Shown here one piece after another: positions 1 to 9,612 of a DNA stretch of 64,000 bases. This DNA is from a bacterium (lineage in GTDB: Bacteria > Electryoneota > Electryoneia > Electryoneales > Electryoneaceae), in contig OY769902.1 in the NCBI GenBank assembly GCA_963669175.1, positions 3,104,001 to 3,168,000 of the forward strand, in the 5' to 3' direction. Below the pieces are notes generated by a model. That model worked only from the letters and a program-made list of their open reading frames with translations, was not told where the DNA came from and did not search any database. The stretch's first letter is position 1. Each line of letters begins with the position of its first letter. Both the position numbers and the translations under genes were made by a program.

Positions 1-275
1 GGGCTTCCGGCGGTGGCAAGCTGGACTATGACTTGTCACAACTGGATATGAAATGTGTTGAGATGGCGCGTGATGCTGCCTTGAAATTGAAAATGCAGAG
101 TGTGGCGTTTGATGTTGTCTATAATGCGGATCGAGAACCTCGGATTGTTGAGATTTCCTGCGTATTTGACGGGCCTGCTATTCGTAATTGTGTCGGTCAT
201 TGGGATCTGGAACTGAACTGGCATGATGACCAGGTCTGGCCGCAAGATGCAATACTGGCTGATTTGCTTGAGTAG
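1..275 (+). CDS. ATP-grasp (RimK-like) protein, C-terminal part, truncated by the window start
   Basis: The frame is open from position 3 (ASGGGKLDY...). The segment SVAFDVVY...PRIVEIS resembles an ATP-grasp C-terminus, and the gene lies upstream of a flippase. Confidence 0.65.
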   Translation, partial: ASGGGKLDYDLSQLDMKCVEMARDAALKLKMQSVAFDVVYNADREPRIVEISCVFDGPAIRNCVGHWDLELNWHDDQVWPQDAILADLLE

Positions 276-297
276 CCCGTCCATGCCTGGACGGGGA
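272..297 (+). repeat. GTAG-type REP palindrome (GTAGCCCGTCCATGCCTGGACGGGGA)
   Basis: GTAG head, whose TAG is the stop codon of the upstream gene, plus the 8-bp stem CCCGTCCA/TGGACGGG. Other copies are at 544-569, 55087-55112, 57258-57282 and 57347-57371. Confidence 0.85.
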
Positions 298-348
298 TGC
301 TGCTATTGTGAATCATACTGTTTGTGAAACAGGTTTGAGGTATTGTCG

Positions 349-569
349 CTCGAGATCCCCGTTCAAGCCGGGGATGACATGTGTGGCCGGGGATGACATG
401 TTGTAAGGGATGACATGTGTGGCCGGGGATGACATGTTGTAAGAGATGACATGTGTGGCCGGGGATGACATGTTGTAAGAGATGACATGTGTGGCCGGGG
501 ATGACATGTTGTAAGGGATGACATGTTGTAAGGGATGACATATGTAGCCTGTCCATGACTGGACGGGGA
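349..569. repeat. Composite repeat: hairpin + tandem GATGACAT array (36-bp higher-order unit) + GTAG REP
   Basis: Ten GATGACAT cores at 373, 392, 409, 428, 445, 464, 481, 500, 517 and 534, mostly alternating 19/17-bp spacing. They are bounded by the hairpin CTCGAGATCCCCGTTCAAGCCGGGGAT and a REP at 544-569. Confidence 0.9.
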
Positions 570-612
570 TTGCTGAAAACATGCTGTAACATCAACGTAA
601 GAAAAAACATAC

Positions 613-2103
613 ATGCGTATTCTTCGTCATAGCGGTATTTACTTCCTCGCGCGAGTGATTCCCGGGGTATTGAGTATCGCATCACTGTCCATTTTTACCC
701 GGTTGCTGGACAAGACCGAGTATGGGACATTTGTGCTGGTGATGGCAGGTGCGGATCTGCTGGATTCGTTCCTGATGCAATGGCTGACGTGGACGCTTGT
801 ACGTTATGCGGCGAAGTATGATGGCAAGAAGAATGTTTTCTATTCGACTATCCTGGCGGCGTTTGCCGTCATCCTGATTCCTGCGGGCCTGGTAGCAGTT
901 GGCGCTTGTTTCTTCTGGAAAGCCACGATCCCGATCCCGCTAATCCTGATTGGTTTTGTCTATTTCATTCTGAATGGCTGGTTTGAGCTGAATCTTCAGA
1001 GACGCCGTGCCGATCTGTCGCCGGTGCGGTTTGGAATTCTGGATGCCCTTCGTTCATTGCTTTCTGTTGGACTTGCGACCGTTTTCGCGATGATGGATAT
1101 GGGCGCGTATGGTCTGGTGCTCGGGTATGCACTCGGCCGTCTGATTCCAACCCTGGTCCTGCGTCTTGGCATTTGGAAAGGTTCACTTCCCTGGCAATAT
1201 GATCGAGCCTTGCTGAAAAAGCTGTTCATTTTTGGCTTGCCGCTTGGGGTTAGTGTCGCGTTGGGGTTCACGGTAAACTTCATCGACCGTCTTTTCTTGG
1301 GGTGGTTACGTGGTCCGGAAGTAGCGGGTATGTTCGGTGCGGGATATGATCTTACCTACCGTTTCTTACTGGCGGTCACGACAGTCATCAACCTCGCAGG
1401 CTATCCGTTAATCGTAAAAGCCCTTGAATCCGGTGGTGTCTCTGCGGCACGTGAGCAGCTCAAACAGCATTTCGCGCTGTTGTTCGGCCTGACCGGGGCC
1501 GGAAGCCTTTTCTTCATCATCATGGCCCATGAAATGGCAAACCTGATGCTGGGGCAGGCATTCCGATTGTCCGGAGAGATGGTGATTCCCTGGGTGGCGC
1601 TTGGATTCTTTTTCTCCAGTTTGAGAGGGTTCTATTACAACTACGCTTTCCAGCTTGGTGAACGCACCATGCTGCAGGTATGGGTCGGGATTGTTCCGGC
1701 GGTACTCGATATAGGCTTGAACCTCATCCTGATACCGAAATATGAAATGCAGGGCGCGATTATTGCTTCACTGATATCCTTTGCCGTTGCACTGGTGCTG
1801 AGTATTATCATCGGAAGAAAGGCGTTCCCGATGCCTTTCCCGATGAAAGAGACTCTGAAGATGGCTGTGGTTATACTCGGCTGGTCCTTTGTTTTATTGG
1901 GCACACGTGGTCTCGGACCGGCTATGGGAGTCTGGCTGGAGCAGGATGGAGGTATCGGGGCCAAGATGGCGTTGGCGGCTGGTGTGGGGATTCGTTCAGT
2001 AGTTGCGGTCATTGTTGCTTCCATCGTGGCAATCGCTATCAATACACTGGATATTCGCAACATACTTAGAAGAAAACTGGGCAAGCGAGAAGGCATGGCT
2101 TGA
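613..2103 (+). CDS. wzx: Wzx-type oligosaccharide flippase
   Basis: 496 aa with many hydrophobic helices. It has the N-terminal FTRLL...EYG signature and a DRLFLG motif, and sits among glycosyltransferases. Confidence 0.85.
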   Translation: MRILRHSGIYFLARVIPGVLSIASLSIFTRLLDKTEYGTFVLVMAGADLLDSFLMQWLTWTLVRYAAKYDGKKNVFYSTILAAFAVILIPAGLVAVGACFFWKATIPIPLILIGFVYFILNGWFELNLQRRRADLSPVRFGILDALRSLLSVGLATVFAMMDMGAYGLVLGYALGRLIPTLVLRLGIWKGSLPWQYDRALLKKLFIFGLPLGVSVALGFTVNFIDRLFLGWLRGPEVAGMFGAGYDLTYRFLLAVTTVINLAGYPLIVKALESGGVSAAREQLKQHFALLFGLTGAGSLFFIIMAHEMANLMLGQAFRLSGEMVIPWVALGFFFSSLRGFYYNYAFQLGERTMLQVWVGIVPAVLDIGLNLILIPKYEMQGAIIASLISFAVALVLSIIIGRKAFPMPFPMKETLKMAVVILGWSFVLLGTRGLGPAMGVWLEQDGGIGAKMALAAGVGIRSVVAVIVASIVAIAINTLDIRNILRRKLGKREGMA

Positions 2104-2104
2104 G

Positions 2105-3340
2105 ATGAAGGATGAACATCCCAGAGCACGAATCTGTTTCCTGATCAGCGGGCTGGCACGAGGCGGCGCGGAGACGCAACTGGTGCGTCTGACCTCGGCG
2201 CTGAGTCAGCGTGGATGGAAGGTCTGCCTGATTTCAATGCTTCCAGTTCCCCGTGGGATGTTTCGTGAACAATTACAGAAGAACAATGTTCTGGTGAAAA
2301 GCCTGAATGGGCGCAGAAAATCATTCAATCCCCGTCTTTTCTTCACATTGGTTCGCTTGCTTGCCCGGTTGCGTCCTCATGTACTGATCGGCTTCATGTT
2401 CCATGCGAACATCGCCAGCCGTGTCTTGGGGAGAATTGCGCGTATTCCGGTGATATTGTCATCTGTTCGTGGCGAGCAGTTTGCAACATCTCCTCTGGAT
2501 GGCAACAAAGCAAGGGTAAATGTTCGCGAGAAGCTACTGAAATGGACTGACTTTCTGTGTGACAGTACTGTTACAGTGTCACGTGCCCAGTACAATGACA
2601 TGCAGAAGGCGAATCTTGTTCCCGGCAATAGGATGTGTGTGATTCCTTCCGGCGTGGATACAACACTTTATACGCCTGACATGAGAACCGGTAAAACGTA
2701 TCGAGCACAGACTGGCTTTGATGCAGACCTCTTTGTCTGGCTATGTGTCGGCAGGTTTGAACCGGTAAAGGGGACTGATGTCCTGTTAAAGGCATTCAAG
2801 GAACATCATCGTGCGAACCAACATTCACGGTTAATACTGGTCGGTGATGGTCCGCTACGTGCGCAGTATGCGAGTTGGGTGAAAGCGAATGGTCTGGAGC
2901 AGGTTGTGTTGTTTACCGGACTGCGTGATGATGTCCCGGCCTGGTACCAGATGTGTGATGCAGTAGTGCTGGCGTCGCATCATGAAGGACTGCCAAATGT
3001 ACTACTTGAAGCACATGCTGCCGGGAAGCCGGTGGTATCGACCAATTCGGGATCACAAGGGGAAGTTGTACTCGAGAATGAGTCCGGTTTCCTGGTCCCG
3101 CCCGGAGTGCCTGAGGAATTGTCAGGCGCCATGAATAGAATGATTGGCTTGTCACCAGCACAACGCGCTGAAATGGGCAGCAAGGGTCGTGCGCACATCG
3201 AACGATCATTCAGTGTGCCGACACTGGTTTCACGATGGGAAGAGCTTATGAACAGACTGCTTCGAAGGAAGTGGCAGAGCTGTCCAGTAAGACCGGTAAA
3301 AGTGGTTGTTCCTCAAGCAGATGTGAGCAGACGTTCGTAA
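2105..3340 (+). CDS. Glycosyltransferase family 4
   Basis: Motifs GGAETQ, VGRFEPVKG and EGLPNVLLEA (EX7E). The ATG at 2105 directly follows the wzx stop. Confidence 0.9.
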   Translation: MKDEHPRARICFLISGLARGGAETQLVRLTSALSQRGWKVCLISMLPVPRGMFREQLQKNNVLVKSLNGRRKSFNPRLFFTLVRLLARLRPHVLIGFMFHANIASRVLGRIARIPVILSSVRGEQFATSPLDGNKARVNVREKLLKWTDFLCDSTVTVSRAQYNDMQKANLVPGNRMCVIPSGVDTTLYTPDMRTGKTYRAQTGFDADLFVWLCVGRFEPVKGTDVLLKAFKEHHRANQHSRLILVGDGPLRAQYASWVKANGLEQVVLFTGLRDDVPAWYQMCDAVVLASHHEGLPNVLLEAHAAGKPVVSTNSGSQGEVVLENESGFLVPPGVPEELSGAMNRMIGLSPAQRAEMGSKGRAHIERSFSVPTLVSRWEELMNRLLRRKWQSCPVRPVKVVVPQADVSRRS

Positions 3341-4455
3341 AGCTTCATATACTTGCCTCTGACATACTCCATACTGAAGTATTTTTCCGCCAATCGTCTT
3401 CCTGTTTTTCCCATCCGGACACGTTCTTCCTTGTTCTCGATCAGTCTTTGCAGGGCGTCTGCAAGGCGATTTGCGTCCTTGACCGGGACCAGAAGGCCAT
3501 TGACGCCGTCTCGCACAATTTCACGTGTCCCCGGTACATCCGTCGTTACGATAGGACGTCCTGCCGAGGCTGCTTCTAACAGAGATTTCGGCAGACCTTC
3601 ACGATAGGAGGGGAGACATACGATATGGGACCGTTTGAGAATCATGGGGATGTCGGCACGGTAGCCCATGTATTCCACATAACCCAGCGCATCCCACTGT
3701 TCAAGCGTATTTTTTGGGACTGAACTGGTATTGCCCGGATCAGGATCGCCAACCAGTTGGAAGCGCGCTTGAAGCCCACGTCCTCGAAGGATACGCGCCG
3801 CTTCAACAAACTCATCGACACCTTTATTCCACAACATTCTGCTGACCAGTGAGACAACCGGCCAACCTTCATGTTCGGGCTCGTAGTCAAAACGATTGAT
3901 ATCGACACCGGAACCACGGATCAGGCGAACCTGCTTCCTGGGAAGCACCTGTGATTTTGTGAAAAGATTGGCATCCTGAGGATTCATAAATACGGTGATC
4001 GTTCTACCCGGATTGTTGAATACTTTCATCAGAGAAAGCACAATCGTACGGAGGGTTTTCGTTTTAATTGTGTGTTCGGTAAAGAGATAACCCAGACCGC
4101 CCATTGTGTTCAATACAGCCGGAACTTTGGCAAAGCGTGCTGCGATAGTGCCATCCAGGATCGGCTTCAAGCCCACATTATGGACAATGTCAGGTTTTTC
4201 ACGCATGAGGATGCTGGCGATTTCCGCCACTGTGCGCACCTCATGGACCGGATCGGTATTGTCGCCTTCCATGTTGACTGAGGGATAAAAACGGAACCGT
4301 TCACGGGTAATCGCTTCACGGTGCCCATTATCTCGTGCAACGACCACCACTTTGGCGCCATAATCACGAGCTGCACGTGCGATATCCAGTCGGTGAGAGA
4401 GGAAGTACCAGTCGTTGTTCACGACAAAAAGGATTTTTTTACCGTAGAAGTTCAT
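3313..4455 (-). CDS. Glycosyltransferase family 4 (PglA/CapM-like)
   Basis: Motifs FLSHRL, GSGVD, SRMLWNKG and PSYREGLPKSLLEA. The start is placed at MNFYGKK; the longer ORF-track N-terminus is just antisense to the next gene. Confidence 0.9.
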   Translation of the reverse strand: MNFYGKKILFVVNNDWYFLSHRLDIARAARDYGAKVVVVARDNGHREAITRERFRFYPSVNMEGDNTDPVHEVRTVAEIASILMREKPDIVHNVGLKPILDGTIAARFAKVPAVLNTMGGLGYLFTEHTIKTKTLRTIVLSLMKVFNNPGRTITVFMNPQDANLFTKSQVLPRKQVRLIRGSGVDINRFDYEPEHEGWPVVSLVSRMLWNKGVDEFVEAARILRGRGLQARFQLVGDPDPGNTSSVPKNTLEQWDALGYVEYMGYRADIPMILKRSHIVCLPSYREGLPKSLLEAASAGRPIVTTDVPGTREIVRDGVNGLLVPVKDANRLADALQRLIENKEERVRMGKTGRRLAEKYFSMEYVRGKYMKLYERLLTSA

Positions 4456-4611
4456 CCGTATCCATCCAGCTATGGTGCGACGTTTAACAGCGCCAAGGTA
4501 AATAGAATGTTCACAGGGGACAACCCCGGAATACAGGGGGACAGGGCCACAAAGCTGTTGCATAAGCATAGCGCCTATCCTACCTTCGGGCAACCAAAAC
4601 AAAGCGGACTC

Positions 4612-5226
4612 ATGCAGCCTTTCATCGTACCGAAGTGGAAACGTATTCTTGATCTGACTATTTCCGGTGTTGGCATCATAGCTCTTGCACCAGTCATGCT
4701 CACCATTGCCGCTTTCATCCGTTTCAGTGGAATCCGTGATATCATTTACCGTCAGCAACGTCTCGGTATCGGAATGGAGCCATTCCAGATGTATAAGTTC
4801 CGTTCCATGACCAACGAACGTGATGATGAGGGCAATCTTCTTCCCGATGATCAGCGATTGACACGTATCGGTCAATGGATTCGACGGTGGAGCCTGGATG
4901 AACTGCCGCAGTTGTTCAATGTGTGGGAAGGCACGATGAGTCTGGTCGGACCACGTCCGCAACTGGCGCGTTACACACGTGACATTGATGTCTGCGGGGT
5001 ACGCCGTTTTGAGACGCTTCCCGGGATAACCGGCTGGGCACAGATCAATGGCCGCAATGCGCTTTCCTGGCAGAAGAAGTTCGAACACGATGTCTGGTAT
5101 GTAAGTCATCGCTCTTTCACGCTTGATCTGCTGATTCTGTTCAAGACATTTCTGACCATCATTGATCGTGCGGGTATCGAAAAACAGGAAGAGGATGAGC
5201 CACCCCCGGAACCGATGAAGGAATAG
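4612..5226 (+). CDS. Priming sugar transferase (PglC/WcaJ-like, Bac_transf)
   Basis: Motifs [30 protein letters not shown] and [13 protein letters not shown]. Confidence 0.92.
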   Translation: MQPFIVPKWKRILDLTISGVGIIALAPVMLTIAAFIRFSGIRDIIYRQQRLGIGMEPFQMYKFRSMTNERDDEGNLLPDDQRLTRIGQWIRRWSLDELPQLFNVWEGTMSLVGPRPQLARYTRDIDVCGVRRFETLPGITGWAQINGRNALSWQKKFEHDVWYVSHRSFTLDLLILFKTFLTIIDRAGIEKQEEDEPPPEPMKE

Positions 5227-5284
5227 CTGCTGGTTCACAATACGTCTGCGAGAGCAGGTTCACATCTCATGAGTAGCCCGGCTG

Positions 5285-5957
5285 AGTGGTCCGATCCGCA
5301 AGAAATACAGCTTCCACTTTTGTTTCAGCAGAAATACTCTCACGTCATTGCACGTACAGGCCAGTTCGCTTGAGCGCATCGGGATAGAGGTTGTTAGGTC
5401 AGGCAATGTCGCGATATTGATCTTTGTCCCGATGGGTGGCACGATTTTGCCCCGTGATGAATCCTATGTTGCGCGATACCTGGTAGGGAAAAAGGCTTCC
5501 TCACGCATTGAATCCAGGTGGGCAAAGTCGTGATTGAGACAAGAAAGAATCCTCTATGAGTTGTATGCCGGGTGGCCCGATCCGCAAGAAATACAGCTTC
5601 CACTTTTGCTTCAGCAGAAATACTCTCACGTCATTTCACGTACAGGTCAGTTCTCTTGAGCGCATCGGGACAGAGGTTGTTGGGTCAGGCAATGTCGCGA
5701 TATCGATCTCATTCCCGATGCGCTCCTGGTTGCCGCATGGATAAAAGCATCCTCAGCGTATTCCTGCATCATCGATAGTGGATAACTCCTCACTTGCGGA
5801 TCGGGTCACCCATCTTTGTATAACACGAACACAGTCCCCCAGCCTCAGTCCCGATCCACTCATGTTTGCGTCATGGATAGAACAACATCACAATATTCCT
5901 TCAACATCAATGAGACTACCATCCTCACTTGTGCAACGGGACACCCATTCTTTGTAG
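5285..5957. repeat. Nested GGGTGG-headed palindromic repeat cluster (REP/REPIN-like)
   Basis: A ~149-bp direct repeat (5286-5434 vs 5572-5720) and a second, diverged direct repeat (~5736-5820 vs ~5872-5957). Inverted ends GGGTGGCCCGATCCGCAAG (5570-5588) / CTTGCGGATCGGGTCACCC (5793-5811). Confidence 0.8.
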
Positions 5958-6040
5958 AACTACTGGATATGTGAAGGGCTACTCACAAGGTGTCAAAAAT
6001 TCTGGGACAGGATAACAAAGCAAAACAACGCAAAACAAAA

Positions 6041-6070
6041 CACCCCCATCAGCGTCAGCCAATGGGGGTG
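6041..6070 (-). terminator. Rho-independent terminator of the methyltransferase gene
   Basis: Stem CACCCCCAT/ATGGGGGTG followed by a T-rich tract on the minus strand. Confidence 0.7.
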
Positions 6071-6090
6071 AAGTAGTTTTCGCTAAAGGA

Positions 6091-7281
6091 TCAGATCACT
6101 TCGATTTCCGGCGAGAAACGGATGACACGTGAACCGGCATCAATATGCGGCTCGAGACGGTCCATCATCTGTTCCTGGTGTTTTTCGGAGGTGATCAAAA
6201 CGACATCCTTGTCGCCAGGCTTCAAATCTTCGAGCGGCTGAATCACGTGCTGACTGCCTGCCAGGACAGCGCCGTATCGTTTCTTGTTGCTGGTGACAAC
6301 CTTCCGGATTTCTTCAATCATGCCTGTATAGTAGAGCATGTCAACGGTCGAAACCCCGGCGCCCAGAACCACAATGCCTTCCGGGAAACGATCTCCGATG
6401 ATTTCAGGCAGTGTGTCCGCAATCCGCTCTTTCCGTTCCAGGAACTCGTCAACCTCGTCGTATACCGTATCGAGGAAATCGGAAGGAGGCGGCACAGGTT
6501 CAACATCAGGCGCTCCCTTATCCGCCTTTTTGCCGAACATGGCGATTTCTGTCTCCTCGTAACCACCCAGCAGGTCAAGCCCCTGAATTGTCATCGCATA
6601 ACGCAGGGTCGGGCTGCTCCAGTAACTTCCACGATGGAAGGTGAAGCCGCCAAAAGTGCATCTGCGAATGACATGGTCCATATTCAATGTGCCCAGGGCA
6701 AGAATGCCGCCCGGCTTGAGAAGGTTGACCATGGTGGAAAGGAGGGTTAACGGATCGATGGTATGTTCCAGGACGGAACGGGCAACGACGAGGTCAAACC
6801 GTTCTTCCGGGAAAATATCCGCCTCAAAGCGTCCCAGTTTGACATCAAAGCCACGTTCTTGTGCAAGCTTAACGGCCTCCGGACGCGCATCAATACCTTC
6901 CGCAGTGAATCCCATCTGTTTCAGGTAAGACAGAGTGTAACCGGCTCCACAGCCGATATCCAACGCTCGTCCCTTTTTCGGGGCATAGCGTTGCAGCGCC
7001 TTCAGGAAACGGTTGGCATCTGCCAGGCCAACACTTGTTTCGCTGGGGGGAAGGGGTGGAGGTTGCCGAAAGGCCATTTCATCAAGAAGTTCCAGACTTA
7101 CCGGTTCATATTGAAATATGAATCCGCAAACTCTGCACATTCCGATGGATAAAGTTCCTGACGTGACTTCATCAGCCTTGCTTTTTACAACGATGCCGCT
7201 GCCGGCATGCGGGTAGTCGTCCAGCGCAATAATTTCTTCAATATCGCTTGCGCTGCACACGGGGCATTGCTCCCGCGCCAT
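6091..7281 (-). CDS. Class I SAM-dependent methyltransferase (sugar C-methyltransferase-like architecture)
   Basis: N-terminal CPVC...CRVCG Zn-binding motif, ALDIGCGAG, VLEH, and a C-terminal Rossmann-like segment (VLGAG). Confidence 0.8.
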   Translation of the reverse strand: MAREQCPVCSASDIEEIIALDDYPHAGSGIVVKSKADEVTSGTLSIGMCRVCGFIFQYEPVSLELLDEMAFRQPPPLPPSETSVGLADANRFLKALQRYAPKKGRALDIGCGAGYTLSYLKQMGFTAEGIDARPEAVKLAQERGFDVKLGRFEADIFPEERFDLVVARSVLEHTIDPLTLLSTMVNLLKPGGILALGTLNMDHVIRRCTFGGFTFHRGSYWSSPTLRYAMTIQGLDLLGGYEETEIAMFGKKADKGAPDVEPVPPPSDFLDTVYDEVDEFLERKERIADTLPEIIGDRFPEGIVVLGAGVSTVDMLYYTGMIEEIRKVVTSNKKRYGAVLAGSQHVIQPLEDLKPGDKDVVLITSEKHQEQMMDRLEPHIDAGSRVIRFSPEIEVI

Positions 7282-7459
7282 AGTGTCTCGTGCTCCCTGT
7301 GAAGTAAACGGTGGAAAGCTACTAATAACTTAGTTTAAAGTATGACATATTGGAAAAAGTTGTCAAGTGAGATTTTCCGCTTTTTCGGGGATCAGGAATA
7401 CGATAATCAGGGATTTTACCAGTGAGTTATGGGAAATATTAGCACACATTCAGACATGA

Positions 7460-9394
7460 TCAACCGAAATATTCCTGTAACCAGATGCCAAGGTTGGCCA
7501 GCATCCAGAGCTTCATACCCTCATCTTTGCCACGCTTGGAGGTGATGTAATTCTCCAATGTACCAAGGTTAAAGTACTGTCCCATGATCGGTGTCAGGAT
7601 TCGCTCTTTTGCCCAGTTTTCCCATTTGCCGAAGAACCAGCGATCCAGGGGCACCGGAAACGCCGCTTTCGGACGAAGCAGAATCGCGTCGGGAATATCA
7701 CCGGCAAACGCCATGCGAAGCACGTACTTGGTAACATCCTGTTTCCCGGCCACTTCCATTGCGGACATGGCTTTCGCAGCCTGAATATCTTCCTTGCGAC
7801 CAGCCCAGCGAACCTTGTATTTCAGAGGCATCGAGAAACAGTATTCTACCAGGTCACGATCCGTATAGGGAACTCGTCCTTCAACACCCCAGGCCATGGT
7901 TGTGGCATCCAGCCTGAGCAACAGGGCGGACAGGTGAATCTCTTCAAGTATATGCAGGATGTTTTCATAGGGATTGAGCCGGTAAGATTCCAGATCATCC
8001 CAGGTCTCCTGCCAGAATGATGCTATTTCAGATTCGGCGCGATCGATTTCCAGGCCGTCGCCGGCCAGTTGCTGACGCTCGCCCGGAGGAGTCCATTGGT
8101 AGAGGGGCAGGAATTGCTCACGTTGAGAAGCGAACTGAGTTTTTCCGTATAGCGCCTGGAATGTTGCCAGCAAGCGTTGTTGCTGTTCCGGGAGCAAGTC
8201 GGTCTTGCCCAGCGCAATGCTCCTGCTGGTGATATAATCGTGTGGGCTGCGGACCAAATGGGTATACCCACCGAGAAGCTCGTCGGCGCCTTCACCGGAC
8301 AGGACCACCTTGATCCTGCTGCGAAGGATGCGTGACAGGAATTTTAACGGGACTTCATTGGGCACCGACAGGGGAGTGTCCTTGATACGAATCAGCTCTT
8401 CGAATTCCTTGAAATAGCCTGCCTCAGTCAGGGTAAGCTGTTTGTGTGGAATTTGAAGGAACTGCGCTACAGCAGTAGAGTAGGGGAATTCGTTGTAAGC
8501 CTGCTCCTCAAAACCTATGGAGAAAGTCTGCATTTTCCCCTTGTGATGCTTTTTCAGTAGCCGCACCAGCACAGAACTGTCAATACCGCCGGACAGGTAC
8601 GCCCCAACCGGGACATCGGCTATCAGTCTTCTTCGAACCGCAAGGTCCAACTTTTCCCGGAATGTTTCAGCAACTGTCACTTTGCCGGGATCGTCCTTTT
8701 CCTTTTCCGGGATACGTGGCGCTCGCCAGTAGCGTTTTTCCGAACGGCGTCTGTCATTCCAGACCAGGTAGTGCCCGGCCGGGACTTCATGGATATTGCG
8801 GAAGAACGTGCGTCCCTTGAAAGACAAACGATAGTGCGCAAGATAGTTGACTATTGCTGTAGTATCCGGATTTCGGGCGAAAGTCGGATCGGCGAGAATC
8901 GTCTTGATTTCACTGCCGAAACGGAGCAGACCATCCCGAATGGACCAGTAGAGCGGCTTCACGCCGATGGGATCGCGCGCCAGTGTGAGGCGTCGCGGTT
9001 GCGCTTCCCACAGGGCAAATGCGAACATTCCCCTGAACTTGTCCAGGGCGGTTTCTGTGCCCCAGTGCAGCAGAGCTTTGAGAGCTACTTCGGTGTCGCA
9101 TTGAGAAGTAAACGATACGCCGGATTCTTCCAGCTCGGCGCGAAGTTCACGGTAATTATACAGTTCCCCGTTATAGACAAAAGAAATATTCCCGCCATCC
9201 AGTACCCACGGTTGAGCGCCGCCATCGAGATCGATGATGGCAAGTCGGCGATGCCCTAATCCGGCGCCATTTCCCAACCATACGCCACGTCCATCCGGGC
9301 CGCGATGTATCATGGAATCGGTCATTCGATCCAGGAGATCACGGTCAATGTCTTTACGCCCGTCCAGGGCAATCAATCCGCAGATGCCGCACAT
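7460..9394 (-). CDS. asnB: Asparagine synthase-like glutamine amidotransferase
   Basis: MCGICG Ntn start at 9394, with HRGPD, GHRRLAIID, YNGELYN, LSGGIDSS and SGEGADE. Confidence 0.93.
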   Translation of the reverse strand: MCGICGLIALDGRKDIDRDLLDRMTDSMIHRGPDGRGVWLGNGAGLGHRRLAIIDLDGGAQPWVLDGGNISFVYNGELYNYRELRAELEESGVSFTSQCDTEVALKALLHWGTETALDKFRGMFAFALWEAQPRRLTLARDPIGVKPLYWSIRDGLLRFGSEIKTILADPTFARNPDTTAIVNYLAHYRLSFKGRTFFRNIHEVPAGHYLVWNDRRRSEKRYWRAPRIPEKEKDDPGKVTVAETFREKLDLAVRRRLIADVPVGAYLSGGIDSSVLVRLLKKHHKGKMQTFSIGFEEQAYNEFPYSTAVAQFLQIPHKQLTLTEAGYFKEFEELIRIKDTPLSVPNEVPLKFLSRILRSRIKVVLSGEGADELLGGYTHLVRSPHDYITSRSIALGKTDLLPEQQQRLLATFQALYGKTQFASQREQFLPLYQWTPPGERQQLAGDGLEIDRAESEIASFWQETWDDLESYRLNPYENILHILEEIHLSALLLRLDATTMAWGVEGRVPYTDRDLVEYCFSMPLKYKVRWAGRKEDIQAAKAMSAMEVAGKQDVTKYVLRMAFAGDIPDAILLRPKAAFPVPLDRWFFGKWENWAKERILTPIMGQYFNLGTLENYITSKRGKDEGMKLWMLANLGIWLQEYFG

Positions 9395-9612
9395 CCGGCC
9401 AGGTTCCGTAGCTTGGTTGAATGGAATGTTGTGTCTGATAGTGTACGAAAAGCGGCAATAGTACGCAAACACTGTGGATGCCAAGAATTCTGGAACAAGG
9501 GCAGCGATAACTACAGGTGGCTTACAGGGGAGGCTCCGCTGGAGGATGACGTAAATTCTCTCACACAGGACAATTGTTGGCGAATAGCGTTTCAACATCC
9601 TACCTTGGCAAC

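Noticed and set aside
370-541. 36-bp periodic repeat as a CRISPR array
   Set aside because: The units are directly adjacent with no unique spacers, and there are no cas genes in the window.
197-685. Repetitive ORFs (CHPLQHVIPGHT etc.)
   Set aside because: These are translations of the tandem repeat in stop-free frames, with no coding evidence.
4456-5238. 641-aa GT4 and 301-aa sugar transferase as overlapping antisense genes
   Set aside because: Family motifs begin at 4455 (minus) and 4612 (plus). The extensions are incidental open frames.
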